Shown one piece after another: positions 1 through 9,808 of a DNA stretch of 64,000 nt (the first letter of the stretch is position 1; the number at the start of each line of letters is the position of its first letter). Under the pieces are notes generated by a model. That model saw nothing but the letters and a program-made list of their open reading frames with translations. It searched no databases and had not been told where the DNA came from. A program made the translations under genes and the position numbers. The stretch comes from a virus, in the IMG/VR virus record IMGVR_UViG_3300050821_005171, positions 1-64,000 of that record; one strand, given 5' to 3'.

Positions 1-124
1 CCCCTCCGGTGGGACACGCTACGCACAATCGCCTTATCCCGGACTGCACGGCTTGCGAGGCCCGAATAATTCCAGACGACTGATGATCCCAAAGCGGCGG
101 AAGTGGTGTCGCTTCTTCCAACAT
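1..124 (-). CDS. SF2 (DEAD/DEAH-like) helicase, N-terminal fragment running off the window
   Basis: Manual translation MLEEATPLPPLWDHQ...LCVACPTGG shows a Q-motif and the start of Walker A; not in the ORF track. Confidence 0.75.
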   Translation of the reverse strand, partial: MLEEATPLPPLWDHQSSGIIRASQAVQSGIRRLCVACPTGG

Positions 125-126
125 TG

Positions 127-786
127 CTACGACACCTCAGCTTGCGTTCTCTTGCGCCCCCGACGCCGCTGGTCATATTCTCTTTGCCATTTACGAAGCC
201 GCTCCCTGTTGCGCTCTCTGTACGCCCTGGCCCTGTCCTTATTGCGCGCGTAGCTTCGCCTAGCTATTTCACGATGCCTTTCGGGATTATTATCGCGCGA
301 ACGCTGCATGCGGGCATTGACACATTCCCGGCACAGCCGAGATCCGTTCCCGCCTATTTTTAGATTGTCGCCAGCAAGTTCATGGCCGCGCTTGCAATGC
401 GTTTTTCTAGCGTTAGCTCCCGCTCCACTATTGGATGCCAGGATGTTTTCGCGTTGACTTTTCGCTTCCAGGTGCTGTGGATTTACGCAGGCCCTATTTT
501 CGCACAAATGGTCGACGACAAAACCATGTTGGATTGGACCAATCAGCGCTTCGTAGGATACGCGATGGGCGGCAATGTACCTGTAGGACGCCTTCCCGGA
601 ACACTCCTTGCGGCATCTAAATCTGCCGTATCCCGCTTCCTGCTTGTTGCCAGTCCAAATCCAGCACTGACCGACCACCGTTCCGTGTGTTTTGTCCGGA
701 GATGGCGGATCACGCTCCTCGATCTTCTTCCAGAATCTCTCAGGCAGCTTCGCCCAATCGTCCGGCTTAACGCTCGATCGGTCCAC
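127..786 (-). CDS. HNH homing endonuclease
   Basis: CWIWTG...YGRF...AHRVSY...DHLCENRACVNPQHL, KTHCKRGH; likely GTG start at 786. Confidence 0.9.
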   Translation of the reverse strand: MDRSSVKPDDWAKLPERFWKKIEERDPPSPDKTHGTVVGQCWIWTGNKQEAGYGRFRCRKECSGKASYRYIAAHRVSYEALIGPIQHGFVVDHLCENRACVNPQHLEAKSQRENILASNSGAGANARKTHCKRGHELAGDNLKIGGNGSRLCRECVNARMQRSRDNNPERHREIARRSYARNKDRARAYRERNRERLRKWQREYDQRRRGRKRTQAEVS

Positions 787-805
787 AGCTAACTCTCTCT
801 TTCGT

Positions 806-1540
806 CTACTTGCTCGCCTTGGCCGCCTCCGCCTTCTTCTCCCGCCACGTTTCGATCCTGTCCTTGAGTTTCTGGAGCGTGTCCAGGATGCCGTTGCAGA
901 GCGTGTCCGGACCGCCGGTCGCAGTCGCGATTTTATCGACCATCCGCACCATCTTTCCATTGAGCTTTGCCAGCTCCTGGAACTCTTCCTTCATGTTCTT
1001 GGTGCGTCGGCGGCCGTTCGTCTCGGGCTTATCCTGCGATCGCCGGGCCTCTGCGGCAGCCAGGGAGCGGGTAATGTTTCGCTCGACGATGTCAATCGCC
1101 GGCTCGACTCGGCCACCTTCACCCTTTTCAAGGGTGCCGGCTTCCTTGGATTGCTCGATCGATCGATTGAGGATTTGGACCTGCTTGTCCGGGTCCTTGA
1201 TCTTGGTCAGCGCCGCCACGGCCGGAGACTCGGCGGCGATCTTATGTGTCGCAGCCTCGCTCTCCTCCAGGTTCTTGAACGTGAGGTAGCGGCTGACCGA
1301 GTAATAGGCGTTGCGGCTGGTCATGCCCCAGCGGCTCTGGCAGTAGTCCTCGAACGTGTCGAAGCCTTCGCGATAGAGCTTGCTTTCGACGATCTCATGG
1401 AGGGCCTTGCCGGCCTTCACCATGCTGTGCTGGAGTTTTTCGATCTCCGACTCACACTTTTCGAGTCGGCTCTTTTCTGTCGTCGTGAGCGGCCCTTCGT
1501 GAACGGCTTCTGCCGGAGCAGTAATCAGATCGGTAGACAT
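806..1540 (-). CDS. Conserved phage protein (GKALHEI...LYREGFDTFEDYC..RWG type)
   Basis: Motif common in phage DNA-binding proteins; in operon with ERF. Confidence 0.6.
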   Translation of the reverse strand: MSTDLITAPAEAVHEGPLTTTEKSRLEKCESEIEKLQHSMVKAGKALHEIVESKLYREGFDTFEDYCQSRWGMTSRNAYYSVSRYLTFKNLEESEAATHKIAAESPAVAALTKIKDPDKQVQILNRSIEQSKEAGTLEKGEGGRVEPAIDIVERNITRSLAAAEARRSQDKPETNGRRRTKNMKEEFQELAKLNGKMVRMVDKIATATGGPDTLCNGILDTLQKLKDRIETWREKKAEAAKASK

Positions 1541-1542
1541 GG

Positions 1543-3123
1543 CTAAAACAAACCTTCTTTCTTACCGCCTGTGGCGGCAGTTTCTTTTGCTGGTGCAGGA
1601 TCGGGTTTTTGTTGCGGTGATTCTTTGGGTGCGGCTTCCTTCTTGAACTTCGCCTTCAGGGTGTCGTGCATCTTTCCGAGACGATCGATCTCGCTGTAAG
1701 GCAGCTCTTTATTCTTCATCGCGCTCATGATGAGCTGATGCGTCTCGGCCAAGTCCTCCAGCGTTTTGGCACCCTTCAGCTCGTTTTCGATCAGATCGAG
1801 GACGAACTTATAACTCTCGGGCGACGGCTTGGCGGCAGGCTGCGTTTCTGACGTTGGCGGGGCCGCGACTTTCTCGGGCACCACCACGGGCGTGTCGGAC
1901 TTCTTTTTTTCCTCGGCTTCGCGCACGGCTTTCTCATAGATCGGGCCGAGAGCCACCGTCGGAGAAACCATCGCCTTATTGGCAAGGCGCTCGCCAATCG
2001 CTGCTGCTGCATCGCCGGCACTTGAACCGTGAGGCTTAAGCGGCTCCGGCAGGTCAAGTTTCGCGGGGTCCCCGGTCGGCACAGGCGACTTTCCATCCTG
2101 CTTTTCAGGTGCCACAGGATCGGCAGTCTTCGCCTGTGCCGACCGTCCCGTATGCGGGTCGACCGGCTTGCGATCGTCAGGCATTTCACGAGTCGCCAAA
2201 GAGGGCGTTTTGGCGGGGTGTTTGATTTCTCCGTGCTGGGCGGCATCGTCGGCCCCAAGTATTAAAAGGGCCTTATCGAACGAATCTCCCTGAGCAAGCG
2301 CTTGATCGATCATTGCTTCGTCAATCGCCTGTCCGCTCTTGGCGTCCCTGTGAGTCTCCGCCCACAGCATCAACTTAGCCTTGTCGAGACCTGGATCACA
2401 ATACTGCCAAATCTCGGAAGCCCTCATCATGAGCGGGTGCTTGATGCCAATTACACCCAATTGTCGGCAATAGTCTTTGTAGAGGTCCTTGATCGTCTTC
2501 TCTACAGACAGCTCAGGCGCAGCTCGCTTGGGCTTGCTCCAGGGATTGAGATCGGCGTCAAATTGCAGTCCGCATCCGCCTTCCTTCTTCCAGCAGAAGT
2601 AGTGATTCTGCTCGTCGCTCCAGATCAAGGCGTGCTTGCAATTAGGGCATTCTTCTATTTGCTTTCGGTCGCCGTCGGCGTCCTCAACGTCTTTGGATTC
2701 GACCGGGATGACAAGGCCGAGCAACAGGGCATATTTATAGGCCGCGCTCATGGCCTTGTTGGTCGCCTTATCTCCGCCAAAGTCCATCGCCTCGCCGATG
2801 GTGGTCAGCGTGACTTTTGATCCGTCCGGAGCGACTAACTCTAGGCTGAGCTTGAGGCGAACGAACACGTCATGGCGGTCCTTTCCAGCCTGCGTGACCG
2901 TCTTGATTCTCTCGTGAGCAACTTCTTCATAGGTCGGAATCGCAACAATCCCCGATTCAGCCAGCTTCGGTCCGCAGTGGTTGAGCACCTGATCGATGCC
3001 CCTGAAGCTGTAACCTTGCTGGTCGTTCCTGCGGTCCTTGGCGATTTCCCCGATGCCCTTCTGCACCCAAGAAATACGCTGATAGATGTTCCAGTTCGGA
3101 TCAAGCGGTTCTGCGGACGCCAT
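1543..3123 (-). CDS. ERF-family ssDNA annealing recombinase with long C-terminal extension
   Basis: GYSFRGIDQV...GEAMDFGGDKATNKAMSAAYKYAL; GGAG RBS before ATG 3123. Confidence 0.85.
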   Translation of the reverse strand: MASAEPLDPNWNIYQRISWVQKGIGEIAKDRRNDQQGYSFRGIDQVLNHCGPKLAESGIVAIPTYEEVAHERIKTVTQAGKDRHDVFVRLKLSLELVAPDGSKVTLTTIGEAMDFGGDKATNKAMSAAYKYALLLGLVIPVESKDVEDADGDRKQIEECPNCKHALIWSDEQNHYFCWKKEGGCGLQFDADLNPWSKPKRAAPELSVEKTIKDLYKDYCRQLGVIGIKHPLMMRASEIWQYCDPGLDKAKLMLWAETHRDAKSGQAIDEAMIDQALAQGDSFDKALLILGADDAAQHGEIKHPAKTPSLATREMPDDRKPVDPHTGRSAQAKTADPVAPEKQDGKSPVPTGDPAKLDLPEPLKPHGSSAGDAAAAIGERLANKAMVSPTVALGPIYEKAVREAEEKKKSDTPVVVPEKVAAPPTSETQPAAKPSPESYKFVLDLIENELKGAKTLEDLAETHQLIMSAMKNKELPYSEIDRLGKMHDTLKAKFKKEAAPKESPQQKPDPAPAKETAATGGKKEGLF

Positions 3124-3195
3124 GTTCTCCATTCTCTATGACGACATGACTGTCAAGACTCAACTCGACTCGGCTCAACGGGACATGACTCGTAA

Positions 3196-3229
3196 GCACA
3201 TTGTTATCACGCGACATTGGCTCTGTCAA
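3196..3229 (-). promoter_or_regulatory. Promoter region with variant motif A (GTGATAACAATGTGC) and TTGACA
   Basis: Motif at 3196-3210; TTGACA at 3224-3229 on the minus strand, upstream of ERF. Confidence 0.5.
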
Positions 3230-3238
3230 GCGCTTGCG

Positions 3239-4297
3239 CTACGAATCTTTATTCGAGATCGCGTCGCGACAAGCCTGCACGAACCGCATCGCGTAATGGT
3301 CCGTCGTGAATCGCGCAAGTGCCGCGAGCCGCAGGTTTTCCTGCTGCCCGTGCAGCTCTTCCCATCCGCTTTTCGACTGCGGGATACGCGATATCAAGTT
3401 CTCGGCCAAGTCCTTCGCGTCCAGTTCTGGGTGGACGATCCAACAGTGCGGCGCGAGGTATTGCTGGAAGATTTCGTCGTCAGGCGTGTCGACGACGACG
3501 ATACAGCCGGCCATCGCGGATTCGATGATCTTGGCCAGGGAATACTTGTGCTTGGATGTGCAGCACAGGCTGATCTTGGCTTCTCGCAGAGCGTTAGCGT
3601 AGTCCTGATACTGGGCGTCGCAAGCCGACTCGGACGTCATCCGATAGCCCGGGTGCGGCCGAATCTCGGACTTGAGTCCGTAGTTTTGGATCGCCTCCAG
3701 ATACTTTGACCTGAGCGGGTAAACCTGCGGGCTAAACACGCCAGTCAACAGGCAGTCCGTCTTCCGTTCGGCAAGCGGAACGCCGCCATAGAAAACATCC
3801 GGATTAGCACAATGCGGAATGTGGACCGTCCTGAGACCGAACTTTGTGAATCTCGGCACGTCGTTCCCGTGGTGGCAGATCACGAGCCCCACGCCACGAT
3901 GCTTGCAGATCAGTGCTGCTAAATCTTTTTCCCACCAACTCTCGTTAAAGGAAACGGTTTTTAGGCAAAGCAGGTCTTCAAACCCGATCATGTCCTGCGG
4001 GTTATAAGCCCACGCTACGTCAAAATCGCCGTACTCCGCGAGGTTGTGGGCCACCGACTTCGTGTTGTCCCAGCCCGGGAACCCTGGGCCGGTGATCGTC
4101 ATCTGGACGTCTTCGTGGGCAGCTACGGCGCGGAAATACTCGAACCGGCACCGGGACATCTTGCTAACCCAATACTTTTTTGAACAAAGGGCAGCAATCC
4201 TGAGCTGTGGGTGGCGATCTTTCATTAGTCGCGGCGGATTCTTGGCGTGTAACAAATTTTGGGAAAATACAGCGGGTGGCACGCTCCAGGATTTCAT
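3239..4297 (-). CDS. Glycosyltransferase (GT-B, CgeB-like)
   Basis: YANALREAKISL...KIIESAMAGC; TAATG coupling with the upstream gene. Confidence 0.8.
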   Translation of the reverse strand: MKSWSVPPAVFSQNLLHAKNPPRLMKDRHPQLRIAALCSKKYWVSKMSRCRFEYFRAVAAHEDVQMTITGPGFPGWDNTKSVAHNLAEYGDFDVAWAYNPQDMIGFEDLLCLKTVSFNESWWEKDLAALICKHRGVGLVICHHGNDVPRFTKFGLRTVHIPHCANPDVFYGGVPLAERKTDCLLTGVFSPQVYPLRSKYLEAIQNYGLKSEIRPHPGYRMTSESACDAQYQDYANALREAKISLCCTSKHKYSLAKIIESAMAGCIVVVDTPDDEIFQQYLAPHCWIVHPELDAKDLAENLISRIPQSKSGWEELHGQQENLRLAALARFTTDHYAMRFVQACRDAISNKDS

Positions 4298-4509
4298 TAC
4301 GAGAGCGTGGAAACTGGCGTAGTTGATTCCACGACCTCGGACTTGCGCCGCTTGAAGTAAAATGTGAGGCCCAAATCCATGTCGTCCGCGTAGCCGCCAT
4401 TGAGCACTGTGACGAGTTCCCATCCTTCGTCCGACATGCAATCAAGGATTGACTGCCCCCCTTTGAGGCTACCCGAAACCCTCATCGCGCACTCCCATTT
4501 TCCGCTCAT
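4297..4509 (-). CDS. Small DUF4177-like protein
   Basis: MSDEGWELVTV...FYFKR signature. Confidence 0.6.
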   Translation of the reverse strand: MSGKWECAMRVSGSLKGGQSILDCMSDEGWELVTVLNGGYADDMDLGLTFYFKRRKSEVVESTTPVSTLS

Positions 4510-4672
4510 TGCTTTTCACTCCAGAATTTCATTGGGACAAGCAGGGCGTCTGGCCGAGAAGAGTATCACTGTTCATGCGTGTCTTCGACGAACAAGTTGC
4601 TCATCAGTCGCGGTGCTCAGTGGTCCTTGTGGCGTAAAGGGTTACGTGGCCATGCGAAATCCATTTCGGAGA

Positions 4673-4942
4673 TCAGTCTTCAGGCCGCTCGTAGACGACT
4701 CCGTAGCCCAAGATCGTCTCAAAAACATTGATGATCGCAGGCCGACCGATCTTGTTGATGAAGGCGCAAAGAGCAGCCTGTGCCGTAGGTTCTTTGCATT
4801 CGTGCTTTTCTGCTCCGTCTTCGCTCCATTTGCACGGCTCTTCCGGATATTCAACCAGATTTCCGTTCTCGGATACGGCAGCGTAATATCGCTTCTTGGT
4901 AAATGACCTAATGGCAAGTCTCGCAGACTGTGGGCATGGCAA
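4673..4942 (-). CDS. Hypothetical protein, paralog of 5181..5438 (start uncertain)
   Basis: Shares EPCxW..EKHECxEP..AALxAFINKIGR..YERP. Confidence 0.6.
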   Translation of the reverse strand: MPCPQSARLAIRSFTKKRYYAAVSENGNLVEYPEEPCKWSEDGAEKHECKEPTAQAALCAFINKIGRPAIINVFETILGYGVVYERPED

Positions 4943-5180
4943 GCGTTAACGACACACTCACCATGCCCACAGGTTCGCGAGACAAACGCTGCGGCTGTGC
5001 CCTGACGGCGACACCTTTTGGCACGCCCGCGTCCTAATGCTGGGTCGATTCGACTCGATTGCCGGCATTCGCGCACACGGGAAGTCGTCAGGATCAACCG
5101 CAGATTCGGCTCGCATGGCCGCCGTTTTTCTACCAACACAACTCGCACCCACTACCCCACCCCCCCCATTATCGCTCATA

Positions 5181-5438
5181 CTATTGCTCCGCAGGGCGCT
5201 CGTAAGTCACACCCATGCCGTCAAACGTCATGAAGACGCACACGATCGCCTGCCGGCCGATCTTGTTAATGAACGCTTCGAGCGCAGCTTCTGGATTTGG
5301 CTCTTGGCATTCGTGCTTTTCTCTCTGGCCGCCCTCGTTCCACCTGCATGGCTCTCTAATCCGCTGCGACAGTGGAACGTCCTCTGTATAAAACGTGAGC
5401 CGCAGGGTGAAGTACCGAGTAACGAGTTTGGTTTTCAT
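5181..5438 (-). CDS. Hypothetical protein, paralog of 4673..4942
   Basis: ATGA coupling to the methyltransferase; paralogous motif. Confidence 0.7.
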   Translation of the reverse strand: MKTKLVTRYFTLRLTFYTEDVPLSQRIREPCRWNEGGQREKHECQEPNPEAALEAFINKIGRQAIVCVFMTFDGMGVTYERPAEQ

Positions 5439-6154
5439 GCCGCTTCCTTTACCCATTTGTGAATGCGCCGATGATGGACCAAAAGGCGAAGCCCGCCAAC
5501 CTCGGCCGCAGCCCGACAAATCATGCCGTCATACCAGTCCAGGTTCGCAGACCCGTTGGCCGCCACCAGCAACACGCCCCCGAACGTCAGTAACTGCTTA
5601 CATCTCCACAGGAACGCCTCCAGGGCCTCCTGCGTGCGAGGATTCTCCTGCCAGCGTAGTTTCCGGCAGTCCTGGTGCAAGTGGTGCCTGGGGCCATCCA
5701 TGAGCCTGGAGAACATCTGTTCGATTGAGCCCCGGGAGTTAATTAGGACCGCCGATCCGTGCAGGTCCGGGCTCAGGGCTTCGTTGGACATAAAGTGTTC
5801 AGCGCCGCAGTATCGGACTGGCAGATTCTGCCGTTGCACGATCAGCCGGCAGGCGTCCAGGTAGTTGTCGCCCATCCCGCCGGCCCCGGTTTTAGCATCG
5901 ACACCCAAGATACGGAACCCAAGCATCCGGCCGATCTCAAGCAACTCTCCGGCCCCGGGTCCGAAGTCGATCACCAGCCCAGGCGGGTTCGTGACGAAGA
6001 CTTCCGGCGCGTACTCGAACAGGTAGTTCAGGTGCTCGCCAAGCCTGCGGGTTCGGCTGAGCTTTTTGCGCAACCAAGCGTCCTGCATGAGCACGGAATA
6101 CTGACTGAGCCAAGCGTCGCTTTCAGTCTCCGGGAGATCGTGCAACAGCGGCAT
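5435..6154 (-). CDS. Class I SAM-dependent methyltransferase
   Basis: VIDFGPGAGE...ILGVDA motifs I/II; start may be 6208. Confidence 0.8.
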   Translation of the reverse strand: MPLLHDLPETESDAWLSQYSVLMQDAWLRKKLSRTRRLGEHLNYLFEYAPEVFVTNPPGLVIDFGPGAGELLEIGRMLGFRILGVDAKTGAGGMGDNYLDACRLIVQRQNLPVRYCGAEHFMSNEALSPDLHGSAVLINSRGSIEQMFSRLMDGPRHHLHQDCRKLRWQENPRTQEALEAFLWRCKQLLTFGGVLLVAANGSANLDWYDGMICRAAAEVGGLRLLVHHRRIHKWVKEAA

Positions 6155-7157
6155 CTGATGGCAAAGCTGGGGCAGGCTGATTGCCCCTGATAACACTGAG
6201 CCAATCATCGGCTAGGCCCTTCCAATTGAAGTGACAATCCATCGTGCGACGCGCCGCGTCCGATGCGACGGTCGCCCAGGTTCGATCCTTCAGCATGGCT
6301 GCAATCTCTTGGTGGAGACATTTCACGACGGTCGCGGCTTCGGCTGCATTGCGGTACGACGGCACCAGCTTGATGCAGCTTGCCCCGATCTCAGATTGCG
6401 CGACGGCGTTAACTTCAGATAGGATTCCGACGTTTGTGCCGATCACCGGACGGCCACAGGCCATCGCTTCCAGAGCGCAGTTCGGGGTGCCCTCTGAGCA
6501 GGACGTGACCAGGAATACGTCAATAGAGTTGTAAAATTTGACCATCGAATCGGTGCTCAGCTTATCCGCCGATGTGTTTGTGACCGGCACAAACTGGACG
6601 CGAGGCTCCAGATCGAACGATCGAATCAGGGGCTGGAGCACTTCTTCGTAGCCCTTGGGAGAGAACGCGGTCTTTGTGCTAGGTTTTCCGCACCAGCCCA
6701 CGACCAACTCTCGGTCCTGAAACGGGGCAGACTTCTCGTGGAAGATGCCGCAATCCACCCCAGTTCGCAAGTAAGCGACGTTCGGGTTGATTTCTCGCAG
6801 GAACGGCACGAGCGAGAGGTTCGGAGTGACGACGCCCTTGTAGAGCGGCAAGATTCGCCGAGAGGTGCGGACGTTCTTGGTCCGGGTTGCCATGCGATGC
6901 TGATACACCGGACTGTTCGGTTCGACTTCGTATTTACAGCCCTCGTTCGCGACTAGCGCCCAGCTTCGCTCAGGATCGGGAGACGAGAACGTAAAAGCCG
7001 AGCAAATGAGATGCTCGGAGTACGACCTGAATGTCGCGTGGCCCAGCTCGCCTTCACACGTCACGCTGACGAGTGGGGAACCATACCGCTGAATGGCTGA
7101 GCACCTACGCCACCAAGCCCAGTTCGGCACATCTGGGACCAAAATTGTGCGAGGCAA
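6123..7157 (-). CDS. Glycosyltransferase family 4
   Basis: DVFLVTSCSEGTPNCALEAMACGRPVIGTNVG (EX7E). Confidence 0.9.
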   Translation of the reverse strand: MPRTILVPDVPNWAWWRRCSAIQRYGSPLVSVTCEGELGHATFRSYSEHLICSAFTFSSPDPERSWALVANEGCKYEVEPNSPVYQHRMATRTKNVRTSRRILPLYKGVVTPNLSLVPFLREINPNVAYLRTGVDCGIFHEKSAPFQDRELVVGWCGKPSTKTAFSPKGYEEVLQPLIRSFDLEPRVQFVPVTNTSADKLSTDSMVKFYNSIDVFLVTSCSEGTPNCALEAMACGRPVIGTNVGILSEVNAVAQSEIGASCIKLVPSYRNAAEAATVVKCLHQEIAAMLKDRTWATVASDAARRTMDCHFNWKGLADDWLSVIRGNQPAPALPSDAAVARSPGD

Positions 7158-7174
7158 ATGCGCGTTCCTTCGGC

Positions 7175-8164
7175 CTAAATCTCGCTGAAATGCTTTGTCC
7201 GATAGTCGAAACTATCGATCGAATCGAACGGTCGACTAGCAGCCTTGGCTTCGATTAGACGACGGAACAACTGGAAAAACCACCTGCTCCGGCCATTTGG
7301 TCCGCTGTATAGGTGATTTTGCATCTGCTGCAAAATGCCGGCGTGGACGCTTTTGGGCTGCCCAATAGCCCACTTGATCGAGAACAGCCACGTATCCAAT
7401 CCTGGGCAACCGTCGTAGATCACATGCGGCTGAGGTGCCCAGTCTTTCACGTTCCCGACGTTCGTGGAAATCGTCAGCAGGCCGCACGCAGCAGCCTCCT
7501 GGAGAAACGATGGGCCGCCACCTTCACTCTCAGAGGCGCAAATCGCCACGCAGCCCGACTGATACCACGCCCTCTGCTCTTCAGGGGTGAATACCTTGTC
7601 GTCGATCTCGTCGATTGGCCTGAAGTCGAAATCGATCCCTTCTCGCTCTAGGACATCGCCGAGCGGCTTAATCACTTCCTGATAGCGCTTCTTCTTTGCC
7701 GGGTTGCTCGATCCGCACCACAAAACACCCGGTGGCCACTTCAGATATGGCCCCCAAAAATCGCTCACCCCGTTTGCTATGTACGATGTTCTGGGACGAA
7801 CTCGCGGGTTCAGGTAGCGATCCGAGCTGTTGAAGATCACCCAGTCCGCGACAGCTTCTGCGTTGCGACATTGACGTTCGTGAGATCGCGTGTCTTTATT
7901 TATCCCGATCACGAGCGGGGCACTGATCCCACATTCACTCCACCAGTTTCTCACAGCAGGCGCTGAGGCATAGTCGAGCAAAAAAATCAAATCAAACGAT
8001 GACAGCCTGTCGCGTAGTCCAGCATCCAGAACTCCAGCTCGCTCAACGTGAAAATCAATCGGGGCACATTGCCACAGGACCAAACTACGATTTGCGTAAG
8101 CCCAACGGATCGGACCGCGCTCTGTTTTTAGTTCGATATCGTGCAAAATCATGACTCTGTACAT
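7175..8164 (-). CDS. Glycosyltransferase family 4
   Basis: ASESEGGGPSFLQEAAACGLLTISTNVG; GGAGG RBS. Confidence 0.85.
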   Translation of the reverse strand: MYRVMILHDIELKTERGPIRWAYANRSLVLWQCAPIDFHVERAGVLDAGLRDRLSSFDLIFLLDYASAPAVRNWWSECGISAPLVIGINKDTRSHERQCRNAEAVADWVIFNSSDRYLNPRVRPRTSYIANGVSDFWGPYLKWPPGVLWCGSSNPAKKKRYQEVIKPLGDVLEREGIDFDFRPIDEIDDKVFTPEEQRAWYQSGCVAICASESEGGGPSFLQEAAACGLLTISTNVGNVKDWAPQPHVIYDGCPGLDTWLFSIKWAIGQPKSVHAGILQQMQNHLYSGPNGRSRWFFQLFRRLIEAKAASRPFDSIDSFDYRTKHFSEI

Positions 8165-8874
8165 GCAGCCTCCGCATTCAGAATCTCTCTGCACCTATCC
8201 CGGGCCTGCTGGATGAATTCTTTGTGTCCTGGCTGGCGATACATCGCCGTCGCGCCGTAAGCCCCAGCAAGATGCTGCACGCGATGCTCGATCTCTTCGT
8301 GAGGCTGCTTCAAAAGCATGGCGAAGATGCGATCGGCTTCGCGCCTGAGCAGATCGTCGACACCGTACCGCTCGGAATACTTCAGGAGCACGCTGCCCCA
8401 CTTGCGTGGAAACACAGCGCCCCACCCGACAAGCGTTTCCCAAGCATCGACTTTGCATTCGTCTAGATTGTACTTGCTGCGATTGCTCGGGCGGAAGTGG
8501 CCAGGGCTCAGATAGTTCGCGAGACGGCCCGTCATACAGTACCGGTCAACGAGCGTCATGATGCTGCCCGGAAGACAGTCGTCGTCCTGAACGTAGACCA
8601 ACTGAGTGGGAGCCAGCATCACGGCCACATAGCGACCGAGACATTGCCAGTTTGCGCAGGCCGGATCACCGACGAGGGTGGCATCGGGAAAGTCCGCGAG
8701 TGCCGCCTTGCACTCAGCATGGCACTGGACCCCATTGTGCCATACCAGAAAGTTCGTGAGCCCGAGCCGCTTTGCTTCCGTGAGGATTGGCACGATGTTC
8801 TGTGGGCGGCGATACGTGAGAAGAATGCCGGTCAGGCAGGAGTTGAGGTAGCCTGCTTGGTTTTGGGTTTCCAT
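8149..8874 (-). CDS. GT-A fold glycosyltransferase
   Basis: ILLTYRRPQNI...VYVQDDDC (DxD). Confidence 0.8.
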   Translation of the reverse strand: METQNQAGYLNSCLTGILLTYRRPQNIVPILTEAKRLGLTNFLVWHNGVQCHAECKAALADFPDATLVGDPACANWQCLGRYVAVMLAPTQLVYVQDDDCLPGSIMTLVDRYCMTGRLANYLSPGHFRPSNRSKYNLDECKVDAWETLVGWGAVFPRKWGSVLLKYSERYGVDDLLRREADRIFAMLLKQPHEEIEHRVQHLAGAYGATAMYRQPGHKEFIQQARDRCREILNAEAACTES

Positions 8875-9563
8875 CCCTCAATCTCGCTCACGTCCGTCAC
8901 GAAGTGCTTAGCCGTGCGAAGATAGTTCAACTCTCCTGTCGGATGCGCGACAGAAGTTGTCCCACAATGTTGACACAACGACGGGCAATGTACCAAGAAA
9001 TTGCGGCCTGTCAACTTACAAAAGGTGCCAACATTGAGATCGCAGCGGATTTTTTGTGTCGGGTTGGGCGGGTCAGCAAGCAGCATTCGGGCTGATTCCG
9101 CAGAGAAAACGAGAGCCAAGGCGCCATAGGCCCGTCTCGGCAAGTCGTCGGGCGGAATCGTGATCCAGCCCGTTTCACCCCCGGCTATCGCTTCGTCAGA
9201 GTGGGCTGAGTTGCAGTAGAGGCTGGCGGCTCCGCATCCGTCGAGACGGCCAGAATCGATCTCGCTAATGAGCCAGTCTCTGGTTCCCGCAGCGAGTTTG
9301 ATGTCGTCCTGAAACTGGACGATCCATTCGGCGTCCAGCGGAGGCCCGAGGCCAATCTCAATCGCCTTACGCAACGCCCCCCAAGGTCCCATGTGAACAT
9401 GGCTGGTCATGGCGAAGTGTCCACCCGGGATGTACGGCAGCACTGTGCCCGGCTCACAGACGAGAGTTGGGCCACCAAAGCCTGCGTCACGCAGGGAGGC
9501 CAGCGTTTCAAGTAGCGTCGGCTGCGGGCGGTTGCACGTCACCACGAACGAGGCCAGTTTCAT
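8832..9563 (-). CDS. GT-A fold glycosyltransferase
   Basis: VVTCNRP...WIVQFQDDI...PSLCQHCG. Confidence 0.75.
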   Translation of the reverse strand: MKLASFVVTCNRPQPTLLETLASLRDAGFGGPTLVCEPGTVLPYIPGGHFAMTSHVHMGPWGALRKAIEIGLGPPLDAEWIVQFQDDIKLAAGTRDWLISEIDSGRLDGCGAASLYCNSAHSDEAIAGGETGWITIPPDDLPRRAYGALALVFSAESARMLLADPPNPTQKIRCDLNVGTFCKLTGRNFLVHCPSLCQHCGTTSVAHPTGELNYLRTAKHFVTDVSEIEGWKPKTKQATSTPA

Positions 9564-9804
9564 CGGGCTTCTTCTTGTACTCGGCACACGTACAGCATGC
9601 CTTGGTTTTTTTCTCGAATTTGTGCATCGAGCACTCACCGTGGACAGCGCACGTGAACACATGAAACGTCGTCTCTGGGCAACCTCGGCACCCTCGATTT
9701 GCTTTCGGCAAGCGGATTGCTTCCGCACCGCGATGCACGCACGGATGCTCGTACCTGAGCCGTGCAGGGTGATCTGCGAGGGAGTGCCTGAGCCTGCGGT
9801 TCAT
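9508..9804 (-). CDS. Small Cys-rich protein
   Basis: CVHRG, CRGC, CAVHGEC, CCTC; immediately after the giant tail protein. Confidence 0.65.
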   Translation of the reverse strand: MNRRLRHSLADHPARLRYEHPCVHRGAEAIRLPKANRGCRGCPETTFHVFTCAVHGECSMHKFEKKTKACCTCAEYKKKPDETGLVRGDVQPPAADAT

Positions 9805-9808
9805 GCTT

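Noticed and set aside
5155-5167. Poly-C tract as a phase-variation switch
   Set aside because: Interrupted run in a doubtful 73-aa ORF; no frame shift yields a recognisable protein
4737-5320. Possible DGR template/variable repeat pair
   Set aside because: Differences are not adenine-specific and no reverse transcriptase is in the window; explained by paralogy
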